A stretch of 64,000 nt of DNA from Thermoplasmatota archaeon (GTDB taxonomy: Archaea > Thermoplasmatota > E2 > DHVEG-1): positions 157 through 64,156 of the forward strand of contig JBAZLE010000001.1 in assembly GCA_041650455.1 (NCBI GenBank), written 5' to 3'. Below are positions 9,153-18,015 of the stretch, in pieces. The position numbers were made by a program, and so were the translations under genes. Within the stretch, counting starts at the first letter, position 1; every line of letters starts with the position of its first letter. The notes beneath the pieces are model-generated. The model was not told the origin of the DNA. It did not search any database and was given only the letters and a program-made list of their open reading frames with translations.

Positions 9153-9407
9153 TTACAATTTTTTATAGACATTTTTCCGATGATCAACGAATAGTATTGA
9201 AATTCTTTTTGTTTTTTCATCGATATCAGCGATGACCCGATAATCTCCCACGCGTAGTTTGAATTCATCTCTAGAAGTCAATTTTTCAAAATAATGAAAT
9301 GGATTTTCTTTCGTGGAATGAATTTTTTCAAAAATTCTTTTTCTGGTTTTCTTTTCTAATTTACCTAGATCTTGTAACGTTACATCATCATAAATGACTG
9401 AATACAT
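9153..9407 (-). CDS. relE: RelE/ParE family toxin
   Basis: 84 aa; YSVIYDD...LGKLEK...RIFEKI...FKLRVGDYRVIADID...DHRKNVYK. Confidence 0.9.
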   Translation of the reverse strand: MYSVIYDDVTLQDLGKLEKKTRKRIFEKIHSTKENPFHYFEKLTSRDEFKLRVGDYRVIADIDEKTKRISILFVDHRKNVYKKL

Positions 9408-9410
9408 TCA

Positions 9411-9650
9411 TTAAAGCCCTAGTCGATATTTGGCTTCCTCCTCGCTGACGAAATGCCCTTTTTTAATTCGTTCTCTTGCCGCTTCTATAGCTTTGATTGT
9501 TTCTTTGCTAAGTTTTGGTTCTTTTTTTAAGTTCTTTACGATGAAAATAAGCTTTTTGATAACCTCATCATAGCTTTCATTTTTGTATTCTCGGAATTGA
9601 TCGATTTGTGATTTTGTATCACTTTGAATCTTAATGGTTGTCGTGCTCAT
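9411..9650 (-). CDS. Archaeal RHH-like antitoxin
   Basis: MSTTTIKI...KNESYDEVIKKLI...LSKETIKAIEAARERIKKG...EEAKYRLGL, directly upstream of the toxin. Confidence 0.85.
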   Translation of the reverse strand: MSTTTIKIQSDTKSQIDQFREYKNESYDEVIKKLIFIVKNLKKEPKLSKETIKAIEAARERIKKGHFVSEEEAKYRLGL

Positions 9651-9690
9651 AATATACCAAAATATACCTATGTATACCATAGTATAAATA
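9651..9690 (-). promoter_or_regulatory. TA promoter with three TATACC repeats in 10-bp phase
   Basis: aaTATACCaa-aaTATACCta-tgTATACCat followed by a minus-strand TTTATA box. Confidence 0.6.
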
Positions 9691-9755
9691 ATTTCCTATC
9701 AACTTATTTCTTCTGTCATATAAATTTTTTAGAAAATCGTATTTTCTCCTGTTAT

Positions 9756-9783
9756 AAAGAGGCTTACAGTCTACACATAGCAC
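9756..9783 (+). repeat. att-like repeat copy 3
   Basis: AAAGAGGCTTACAGTCTACACATAGCAC, 24/28 identical to the rnpB end. Confidence 0.9.
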
Positions 9784-9796
9784 CTATGAATAATCA

Positions 9797-10750
9797 TTAA
9801 TATTTTTTCATTATTGTGAAAAAGCTATCATATGTTTTTTTTCCTTGTTCTAACATAAACTGGTAATAACTTTTTTTTATTTTTCTTCGTAAACCTTTGA
9901 CTATCGCATTAGAGTATGCCCTACGGTTTTTTGCATAGATAATAATAGGGAAATATCCATGATCCATGAGGATCTTATTCATAATCAATCTACCTGTTCT
10001 TCCATTAGCATCTAAAAAAGGATGAATATATTCATAATTAAGGTGAAAATCGCAAGCTAATTGAAATGGGTATTTTATTTTTTTATTATCTTTATAATAT
10101 CGAAGAAGAGTATCTAGTTCTTTTTCTACTTGTTCAGGTGAAACAGTAGGTTGATTATTTACGATATTTTCTACTGTTTTAAATCCTTTAGGATAGTGAT
10201 CTCCTCCAGACATTGTCAGATTCTCGGTAAGAATATAATACAATCTTTTAATTGAAGAGATATTAAATTTAAAACCACTTTTTAAGTATTTTAACGCTTC
10301 AATTGAATTATACACTTCTTTAACTTCATTTGTATTTTTATACCTTGAATTACCAGTTTCAATAATTCTTTTTACTTCTTTGGCAGGAATTTTTGAACCT
10401 TCAATATTGTTAGAATTAAAAATGAATTCTTTAGCAAATTCAACAAGAACAACATCTCTAATATCTTTTATTTCAAAAAAATTGCTAATTTCAATAGATT
10501 TTAATTCCATATATTCTAACAAATGTTTGTTATACACAATATCTAACCTATCTAGAAATTTTTTTCGTATCTTGAATTCTTTTTCAGTTATATTATTAAA
10601 ATTTTTTTTAAGATAATCCTTAGCATTTACTGTAGAAATATTCTTTCCAATATGTTCTTTAATTCTGAAATTTTTTCCCATAAAAGAAAATTTTTTTACG
10701 AACGATATATATTCAGTATCATTAATCTTCTTTATTTCTATATATGACAT
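9797..10750 (-). CDS. Fic-domain protein
   Basis: HPFLDANGRTGR Fic motif and SNNIEG autoinhibitory motif; very AT-rich. Confidence 0.92.
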   Translation of the reverse strand: MSYIEIKKINDTEYISFVKKFSFMGKNFRIKEHIGKNISTVNAKDYLKKNFNNITEKEFKIRKKFLDRLDIVYNKHLLEYMELKSIEISNFFEIKDIRDVVLVEFAKEFIFNSNNIEGSKIPAKEVKRIIETGNSRYKNTNEVKEVYNSIEALKYLKSGFKFNISSIKRLYYILTENLTMSGGDHYPKGFKTVENIVNNQPTVSPEQVEKELDTLLRYYKDNKKIKYPFQLACDFHLNYEYIHPFLDANGRTGRLIMNKILMDHGYFPIIIYAKNRRAYSNAIVKGLRRKIKKSYYQFMLEQGKKTYDSFFTIMKKY

Positions 10751-10876
10751 TAGAAAATAGTATGCTCACGGGGTTTATATATTTTTACAAATTGGGCAGC
10801 AAAAAATACCACTTTTTTTACCAATACGGCACAAATCATCCATACGTCTGTTAAACAAATTATAGATTTCCAGTAA

Positions 10877-10952
10877 TTCTGTCAAGGATTTTTTCAAAAA
10901 AATTGTGTTTTTCTCCTGCTTTAAAGAGCTTTCCTATCTCCACGCAGCAACC
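10877..10952 (+). repeat. att-like repeat copy 4 (degenerate) plus upstream arm
   Basis: TTCTGTCA..ATTTTTT..TTTTCTCCTG.T.TAAAGAG-CTT..TCT.CAC..AGCA aligns with 9711-9784. Confidence 0.7.
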
Positions 10953-10979
10953 CCTTCATTTTGTTCAATCTCTCTCTTT

Positions 10980-11435
10980 TTAGATCCTTCTGCGTTTCCT
11001 TGCAGTCAGGACAAGCGTTTTAATTTCTGGTGGTAATTGTTCATCTTGCCATTTTCGTTCGATTTCTGTGGATTCCCCTGCGTTTTTTACGGCTTTTACC
11101 GCATACCATGCTGCTCCTAATGCATGGTCAGCCATATGGGCTGTTGCGACCGCGTGTCCAACAGAACGAGCCACAGCACTTGCTGTCTGGTTTGAAGATT
11201 TTCGAGCAACCGCATGAGCAGCTACTGCTGCATTTCGTGCATCACCCACGGAAGCCTGCCCGTGTTTCCACGCATTCGCCAGCTTTAATGCGTTTTTTAA
11301 TCGCTCGTCTATGTTGTCCCCAAAGAGCGGTAAGACATGCTTCGCACAGTCGCAAGCCCATGTCATCAACTGATGGTGCTGTTCCTTTTTTAAGGGTCCA
11401 CCCCGATGCTCTACAATAAATCGTTTGTCTCGCAT
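10980..11435 (-). CDS. Imm5-like putative immunity protein
   Basis: MRDKRFIVEHRGG...WACDCAKHVLPLF...ARSVGHAVATAHMADHALGAAWYAVKAV. Confidence 0.75.
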   Translation of the reverse strand: MRDKRFIVEHRGGPLKKEQHHQLMTWACDCAKHVLPLFGDNIDERLKNALKLANAWKHGQASVGDARNAAVAAHAVARKSSNQTASAVARSVGHAVATAHMADHALGAAWYAVKAVKNAGESTEIERKWQDEQLPPEIKTLVLTARKRRRI

Positions 11436-11867
11436 TTTGTCTTTCTCCGTAATATTCTGTGAAGTTATTTGTGTTTTCAATCACTGCTCTTGCTTTATGT
11501 GTCTTAGTAATAAATCGAAAGATGATAGGAAACGTGGTCGTTTTCTTTTTTTCTTTCACCATTAGAAAAACATTCTTTGGAACTCGTTTTAAAAAGACGA
11601 CAGTGATGCCTCTTTTATGAAGAAAAGTTATGGTTTGAACCTAGCATCAAATGAAAATCTTTCCGTTCAAGAGATGTGCCCCTAAATCATCGACGATACT
11701 ATACAGTTCATTACATCATCAAAAATCTCTTAATAGAACACATTCATCTCAAAAGAGGTGTTAGAATTTTTTATCAATGAAACCCTTATTTTTTTTATAA
11801 CATCTCAAAAATTTATTTAGCTACACAATATAGGAGATTCAAATAAAAAAAAATTATTTCATGACAT

Positions 11868-14201
11868 CTATTCATCTATTTCTAGCCTTGGAAAGGTTAT
11901 TTCGAGATAACGCTCCTTCCCATTCGGACAATTACAGGAAAACCACAGATTTCCGTTCATGCTTTGATGTCTCATCTCGGAAGCATCATCAGCGACAAAA
12001 CCCACTTGTTCATACAGAGGATCTGTACTGAATGGAAACATCTTAAACATGAGAGAAATCTCTGGGTATACACTATGCAGAATCAAAGAAAGAACACGAC
12101 CAGTCGCACCATGCATTAACAGACGAACGAACAACTCAGTAATATGTGGGTATCTCTGGAACAGCATGGAGTACCATATCATCATTCTTTCTGCTGCATT
12201 TCGTGAGATGGTTTGTGTCAGACTTAGATTGTATACATTCTCGTTTTGGCTGTTTACCCGAAAACGGGCGTTCATCCCCATCAGGAGCGGTTCATGGTAA
12301 ATAAGGTTCACCATCCCGTACCGATTTCCAGCGATGAACGCGGTGAAATTCATCACTCCATTCGTATCGCATAATACCTCTGGGGACACAGAGAAGTTCA
12401 CTTGTTCATTTTCACTAAGAGGTCCCGTCATGTTGTACCAATGACCGCTTAAATAGAGATGGAAATCATCCGTCGTATCACTTGTTCGTTGCCGTTTCAC
12501 ACTAAACAACGAGACATCATACTCAGCAGCATCCAAAAAATTCAATACCCCCTGTAAAAACCACGCATTCGTGTCGTCTGGAACCGTGTAAAAACCATGA
12601 ATCGTCTCATACGATGATCCAAAAATATGAGAAAAGACTTGGGATTCACTCCCAGAAAGTACGCTGTATTGGGAGCGAGTTGTCCAGTCGCAACAGCTGA
12701 CGTTCATTACCACTCTTCCGGTCCCAGAGGTACATCGAGCAGTCATGGTGAAATTGTAGGTCTGACTAGGAACAGCAATAGAAATCGTCCCCATAGGAAA
12801 CGACTGGTACGGTTGCCCGCTCCGCCCATCCTCCTGGATAGAGGTATTATCCGGATATTTCTCGGGAAATGTAAGATTCGTAGGTCCAGAGACGTGCATC
12901 CCTGGGCGGGTCCACTGAACGTTGCCGGAGTGATCGTTCCCAAATCCAAGGATGTTTTCATGTGCAGAACCTGGAGGTGATTCCATACGTGCATCAAAAA
13001 ATAGCTCCATAGGGGCTGTACCAATCAGTTGAAGCGTGATGTCTGGAGATAATATTTTCATATCGGTGAGCTGTGTTTCATTATCCTGCAGAAAGATTGG
13101 AAACGAATACCAATTCTCAGCATCAGGATTAAAAGATGTCGGGACCATCCATGAATGACGATATTCCGGCGCCCAATGGCCACCCGCGCCATTGTTCTCC
13201 CAGCTCGCTGTGATAATGCCTGTGGAAGAAATATTGTAAATCACCACTCTGTCTAACTCATGCCGATAGTGCCAATCCATTTGCGGATAGGGCGAGGAAA
13301 ACGCGATTTCATGTCCAAATGTTCTGATCGGGTTCGTCAGTCCGGTGCTCTGGTTACTCACGTACCAGTCAAGCCAATGGTTATGACCATGGATCCACAG
13401 TGTAATCTGCGGGTTGTTCTGAAACAAGCTCGCCCACCAGTCCATATCCTGCTTCCCACGATATGGCTTCAAGCTTTTCTCCTTTGTGGTGTCCTCGATA
13501 GCCTGATGACAAAGGATCACGGTCGTTGTCGTTGGGTACTGGTTCGTCATATATTCGATCCATTCATATTCAACAGGGTGCGTCCACGTCACATATCCAA
13601 GTTCTGGGACAACCAGAAAGAGTATCCCCTCGTACATCATCGCATATACCGGAGCGTTCATACTGAGTTCGTCAATCAATGTTTTCGTAAGATTATGTGG
13701 GTCTCCGCTGTTCATCTGATAATCAGTCACATCATGGTTACCCACCACATAATAAAAAGGCAGATTCAGATGAGAAATCAAATATGCTTTCAAATTATTC
13801 CTATACTGATTAACAATCCAAGGAAGTCCTTCCCCATGCACCTGCGCGGTGTTATGGTTCACGATATCACCCAGATGCACCACAAAATCAAGCCTATTAG
13901 TCGCATCAACCAGATCCTTTCCAAGTTGATCCAGATGATCAGCGATATCATAAAAAGGATTTTGATATTTGGCGCCAATATGTGTATCAGAAAATGCTGC
14001 AAAGCTCAAATAACTATTTTGTAAAGCGATTCTCTCTCTTCTATCAATTTTCGATGTATCCTCAGAGAGCAACACTGATCTATCATTCATTATTATTCCA
14101 CTGGCTGTTCCCTTCGAATTGATATTTGGTATTATCATGATTAAAATAGAACAAAAAAGGAATCCCGTACAAATTACGACACTCACTATTTTCTTTTTCA
14201 T
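11868..14201 (-). CDS. Secreted calcineurin-like metallophosphoesterase with long C-terminal extension
   Basis: Signal peptide; SDTH, LGDIV, GNHD, HGHNH motifs. Confidence 0.85.
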   Translation of the reverse strand: MKKKIVSVVICTGFLFCSILIMIIPNINSKGTASGIIMNDRSVLLSEDTSKIDRRERIALQNSYLSFAAFSDTHIGAKYQNPFYDIADHLDQLGKDLVDATNRLDFVVHLGDIVNHNTAQVHGEGLPWIVNQYRNNLKAYLISHLNLPFYYVVGNHDVTDYQMNSGDPHNLTKTLIDELSMNAPVYAMMYEGILFLVVPELGYVTWTHPVEYEWIEYMTNQYPTTTTVILCHQAIEDTTKEKSLKPYRGKQDMDWWASLFQNNPQITLWIHGHNHWLDWYVSNQSTGLTNPIRTFGHEIAFSSPYPQMDWHYRHELDRVVIYNISSTGIITASWENNGAGGHWAPEYRHSWMVPTSFNPDAENWYSFPIFLQDNETQLTDMKILSPDITLQLIGTAPMELFFDARMESPPGSAHENILGFGNDHSGNVQWTRPGMHVSGPTNLTFPEKYPDNTSIQEDGRSGQPYQSFPMGTISIAVPSQTYNFTMTARCTSGTGRVVMNVSCCDWTTRSQYSVLSGSESQVFSHIFGSSYETIHGFYTVPDDTNAWFLQGVLNFLDAAEYDVSLFSVKRQRTSDTTDDFHLYLSGHWYNMTGPLSENEQVNFSVSPEVLCDTNGVMNFTAFIAGNRYGMVNLIYHEPLLMGMNARFRVNSQNENVYNLSLTQTISRNAAERMMIWYSMLFQRYPHITELFVRLLMHGATGRVLSLILHSVYPEISLMFKMFPFSTDPLYEQVGFVADDASEMRHQSMNGNLWFSCNCPNGKERYLEITFPRLEIDE

Positions 14202-14400
14202 AGACTCAAAACTTAACCATGATTATTATAATATATTTGTTATTTATCAGTTTATATCATTTATTGCTAACTACGAGAAAATCAACATTTTTAGTAGTTT
14301 TTCAGTTTTTCATCTAGATCTTTCATCTTCTCTTGATGTCAAAAGTTGTGGTTTTTCCCTCTTACACCAGATTTGTCGCCTAAACCTGTCACTGCTAGGC

Positions 14401-14454
14401 AAAACAATATAAAGGGAAGAGACGTATATCTCTATATTAAGGGAATAGAGATAA
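14401..14454 (+). promoter_or_regulatory. tfb promoter (BRE/TATA plus leader motif)
   Basis: AAAACAATATAAAGG ... GGAATAGAGATAA, near-identical to the csp promoter. Confidence 0.65.
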
Positions 14455-14579
14455 AAATTTCACATTTTTGTTAACCCAAACGTATGAGATTTTTTATTTT
14501 TGTTCTTTCACACCGATTTTCAGCGTGAACGCTGGAGCTGTAAAAAAATCTGGAAAGAAAGATACGGGATGGATTTGAT

Positions 14580-15515
14580 TTGACGAGAAAAAATAAACAA
14601 CAGATAGAAGAAATTCTTTGTTGTCCTGAATGCGGGAGCGGACATCTCCGAAAGGACTATTCTCGAGCGGAGTTAGTCTGTTCTGGTTGTGGACTTGTTG
14701 TTGATGAAGATATCATTGACCATGGTCCGGAATGGCGTGCCTTTGATAATGAACAACGGGAGAAGCGATCTCGAACCGGGTCTCCAATGACCTACACCAT
14801 GCACGATAAAGGACTGTCTACGACTATCGGATGGACAAACAGGGATGCGTACGGGAGAGCTATTCCGACAAAAAACCGGGCTCAATTGTATCGACTACGG
14901 AAATGGCAACGGCGCGTCCGCATCAGTGATGCAACCGAGAGGAACCTCGCAGTTGCTCTCTCAGGAATCGACAGACTCGCCTCAGGTATGGGTCTTCCAA
15001 GATCTGTACGAGAGACTGCTGCAATGATTTATCGAAAAGCAGCGATGAAAAATCTCGTTCGAGGAAGAAGCATCCAAGGGGTGACTGCTGCCTCGTTATA
15101 CGCCGCATGCCGACAATGTCATGTCCCTCGGACGTTAGATGAAATTAGTGTAATTGCGCAAATATCACGAAAAGAGATTGGGAGAAACTATCGGTATGTC
15201 TCTCGTGAGCTTGCATTAAAATTAATGCCGACCACACCAAAAGATTATATCTCACGGTTCTGCAGTGAATTAAAACTTAGCAATAACGTTCAAGCAAAGA
15301 CACTGGAGATATTAGCACATGCGATACATCAGGAGCTTACCAGCGGACGAGGACCGACAGGACTTGCTGCCGCCTCCTTGTACATCTCCTCTGTTCTCTG
15401 TGGTGAACGCAGGACACAACGAGAAGTTGCAGAGATTGCGGGAGTCACTGAGGTGACCATTCGCAATCGATACAAAGAACTCGCACAAAAACTCGATATT
15501 CATCTTGTGATGTAA
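14580..15515 (+). CDS. tfb: Transcription initiation factor IIB
   Basis: CPECG..CSGCG Zn ribbon, GPEWRAF B-reader, two cyclin repeats, [14 protein letters not shown]. Confidence 0.97.
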   Translation: MTRKNKQQIEEILCCPECGSGHLRKDYSRAELVCSGCGLVVDEDIIDHGPEWRAFDNEQREKRSRTGSPMTYTMHDKGLSTTIGWTNRDAYGRAIPTKNRAQLYRLRKWQRRVRISDATERNLAVALSGIDRLASGMGLPRSVRETAAMIYRKAAMKNLVRGRSIQGVTAASLYAACRQCHVPRTLDEISVIAQISRKEIGRNYRYVSRELALKLMPTTPKDYISRFCSELKLSNNVQAKTLEILAHAIHQELTSGRGPTGLAAASLYISSVLCGERRTQREVAEIAGVTEVTIRNRYKELAQKLDIHLVM

Positions 15516-15563
15516 CCATGCGATATTCATGAGAATAACAGGAGTAAATAACCAGCTTTGTGA

Positions 15564-15615
15564 AAAACTATATAAAGGAGAGGAGGTTATAGCGGACCAA
15601 AAGGAATAGAAATAA
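15564..15615 (+). promoter_or_regulatory. csp promoter (BRE/TATA plus leader motif)
   Basis: AAAACTATATAAAGG ... GGAATAGAAATAA. Confidence 0.65.
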
Positions 15616-15709
15616 GAGTTTCCTAGTTTCGTTCATTCGACTACATGAAATCTTTTTGTTTTTGTTCTTTGTAAAAATTCAGATACAATCTGAGGAAAAC
15701 GTGAATAAC

Positions 15710-15901
15710 ATGAAAGGAACAGTAAAATGGTATAATACAAGAAAAGGATATGGATTTATCCTCTGCGATGATGGAAAAGAAGTCTTCGTTCATCGGACCG
15801 CAGTCCCTATGGAATCATCTCTGAATGAGGGAGATGCCGTTGAATTTGAGATTGAAACATCGGATCGAGGACCACAAGCAAAAAACGTAAAGAAGGCGTA
15901 A
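15710..15901 (+). CDS. csp: Cold-shock domain protein
   Basis: MKGTVKWYNTRKGYGFI, EVFVH, RGPQAKNV. Confidence 0.95.
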   Translation: MKGTVKWYNTRKGYGFILCDDGKEVFVHRTAVPMESSLNEGDAVEFEIETSDRGPQAKNVKKA

Positions 15902-16025
15902 TATTCTCACAGCACACAACAGAATTGAGTACACTTTTTTTTTTAAAAAAAAAATGAAGAGAAAAAACGATTTGTTATGACTGAGACTCAAAAAACTCTA
16001 CAAGAGAATCATAAGGTGAAAAAGA

Positions 16026-17213
16026 ATGAAATGTGAACAACTGAACATACAAGAAAAACTCCTGGTAAAACTCCAGGAACAAGAATTTGAGGAACTGACG
16101 CTCATCCAAGAACGCTGTATACCGGAAATCCTCCAGGGAAAAGACGTTGTCGGCCAGGCAGAGACCGGGTCGGGAAAGACACTCGCGTTCTGTCTTCCTA
16201 TCCTCCATAAGATTATACCCGGACGAGGACTGCAAGCCCTTGTTCTGACTCCCACAAGAGAACTGTGTGTACAGGTAACAGAGGTCTTTAGGGATTTTGG
16301 GAAACCCCTTGGAGTACGCACCACAAGTGTGTACGGGGGGGTGAGCATTGGGCCACAGATACGGGACGTCCGCACCTCGGAGGTTGTGATAGGGACACCT
16401 GGGAGGATGCTTGATCATCTCCGCAGAGGAACTCTTGATTTACGGAATATCAGGATTCTTGTCCTTGATGAAACCGATAAAATGTTCGAGATGGGGTTTG
16501 TCGATGATGTCGAAGACATCATCCGCTACATTCCTCAGCAACGACAGGTACTGATGTTTAGTGCGACGATCTCTGAGGAGGTTCATCGTCTCGCCAGAAG
16601 ACATCTGAAAAGTCCCGTCATCGTCAAGACCCAATCGTATGTCGATCATCGGAAATTGAAACAGGTGTATTATGACATTTACGAGCAGAATCAAAAATTC
16701 TCCCTTCTCGTTCATTTGCTCAACAGAAACACCGATGGATTATCCATTGTGTTCTGTGGAACTCGCAGAGAATCTGATGCTGTCTCAAAGAATCTTGCAC
16801 GTCAAGGGATCCGCGCCTCAGCAATCCATGGGGGAATGAAACAACAAAAACGATCAAGCTCCCTCGATGCCTTGAAAAGCCAAAAAACAAAGGTGCTGGT
16901 GGCAACAGATGTCGCAGCACGGGGGCTTGATATCAAAAACGTCACCCACATCTACAATTACGATGTACCAAAAACCCCAACTGAGTACGTCCACCGAATT
17001 GGTAGAACCGCCCGTGCCGGAGCAAATGGCGCAGCGATCACCCTGCTTACCGAGCGGGACCATGACAACTTCCGAAGAGTGCAGAGCAATGATGATTTCC
17101 AGATCGAACGGGCAGAAATCCCTGATTTTCGCAAGATTCCCTTTCAACGACAGTTTGAACATAGACACCAGTCATTTAGAGGACCATCTCGCCACTCATT
17201 CGGACGGTACTAG
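16026..17213 (+). CDS. DEAD-box RNA helicase
   Basis: AETGSGKT, PTREL, TPGR, DETD, SAT, ARGLD, HRIGRTAR. Confidence 0.95.
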   Translation: MKCEQLNIQEKLLVKLQEQEFEELTLIQERCIPEILQGKDVVGQAETGSGKTLAFCLPILHKIIPGRGLQALVLTPTRELCVQVTEVFRDFGKPLGVRTTSVYGGVSIGPQIRDVRTSEVVIGTPGRMLDHLRRGTLDLRNIRILVLDETDKMFEMGFVDDVEDIIRYIPQQRQVLMFSATISEEVHRLARRHLKSPVIVKTQSYVDHRKLKQVYYDIYEQNQKFSLLVHLLNRNTDGLSIVFCGTRRESDAVSKNLARQGIRASAIHGGMKQQKRSSSLDALKSQKTKVLVATDVAARGLDIKNVTHIYNYDVPKTPTEYVHRIGRTARAGANGAAITLLTERDHDNFRRVQSNDDFQIERAEIPDFRKIPFQRQFEHRHQSFRGPSRHSFGRY

Positions 17214-17908
17214 AAAACGATTGACATCAACAATGGGAACAATGCCAGCGTAAAAAATCGATTACTCCCATGCAGCACCCACGATCCTATAATATTTTGT
17301 GATTTTCGTGCGATTTCTAAGGTCAGAATTCCTTGTACTATCGTTCCGATAATGAACATCGTCGTAAGATTTTGTGGATGCATTAGGATAAAACTCATTA
17401 GTGACGTCATATAGGCTATTTTTGTATTGGTCTTTTGGGATAGGAAGATAAAGAGTATTCCTCTGAAAAAGAATTCTTCGGTAAAAGCCTCGAAGAAACT
17501 GATTACCCCAGATAGCAGGTCAGCCTCCCAAGTTATTCCGTTCAAGTACTGTATCAATCCTGTTACAATAACCATTACTGGTATGTATAAGATACACAAA
17601 AAAATGCTTTTTTTCAATCCCTTTTTTTGCAGGCCATATGCTGAATAACGAATCAATGAGAAATCGTGTTTAATAAGGAGGAAGATACCCAACGGAAGGA
17701 TGACAAAAAGAAGCGCTTTCACAGCTATATACGTATATGCATCAAGAAAATTACTTGTTAGCAATGGCCAATAGAACAATACACATAATAACATAATAAC
17801 TATGATGCCCCCAATTTCACTTAGGGCATCTTTCTTATACTTCGCGCTATAAACCAGGGGTAAAATCATTGGAAGAAGCATAGGCCAGAGAAACAGATTG
17901 ATCTCCAT
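17210..17908 (-). CDS. CPBP (CAAX/Abi) intramembrane metalloprotease
   Basis: EEFFFRG, FILMH, HGSNR; multiple TM segments. Confidence 0.85.
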   Translation of the reverse strand: MEINLFLWPMLLPMILPLVYSAKYKKDALSEIGGIIVIMLLCVLFYWPLLTSNFLDAYTYIAVKALLFVILPLGIFLLIKHDFSLIRYSAYGLQKKGLKKSIFLCILYIPVMVIVTGLIQYLNGITWEADLLSGVISFFEAFTEEFFFRGILFIFLSQKTNTKIAYMTSLMSFILMHPQNLTTMFIIGTIVQGILTLEIARKSQNIIGSWVLHGSNRFFTLALFPLLMSIVF

Positions 17909-18015
17909 CGAACTTCACCTTTGATACGTTGTATCGTTTGCTTTATTAATAAATTTACAACGATTTCCAATCAAAAAACCTTTTAAGAACGTGCTTCTTC
18001 TCGGTGTTCGCATAT

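Larger units (their letters stand above)
5567..11680. mobile_element. AT-rich island of tandem cassettes integrated at the rnpB 3' end (no integrase seen)
   Basis: Subdivided by repeats of the rnpB 3' end; all cargo on the minus strand; TA, Fic and immunity cargo; right boundary uncertain. Confidence 0.75.

Noticed and set aside
5538..10952. CRISPR array interpretation of the 29-nt repeats
   Set aside because: Spacing is 0.6-3.6 kb and contains whole genes, the repeat is the rnpB 3' end, and there are no cas genes.
5567..11860. Integrase, transposase or split SSV-type integrase fragment in the island
   Set aside because: No ORF with tyrosine/serine recombinase or DDE motifs was recognised; very short remnants cannot be excluded by eye.
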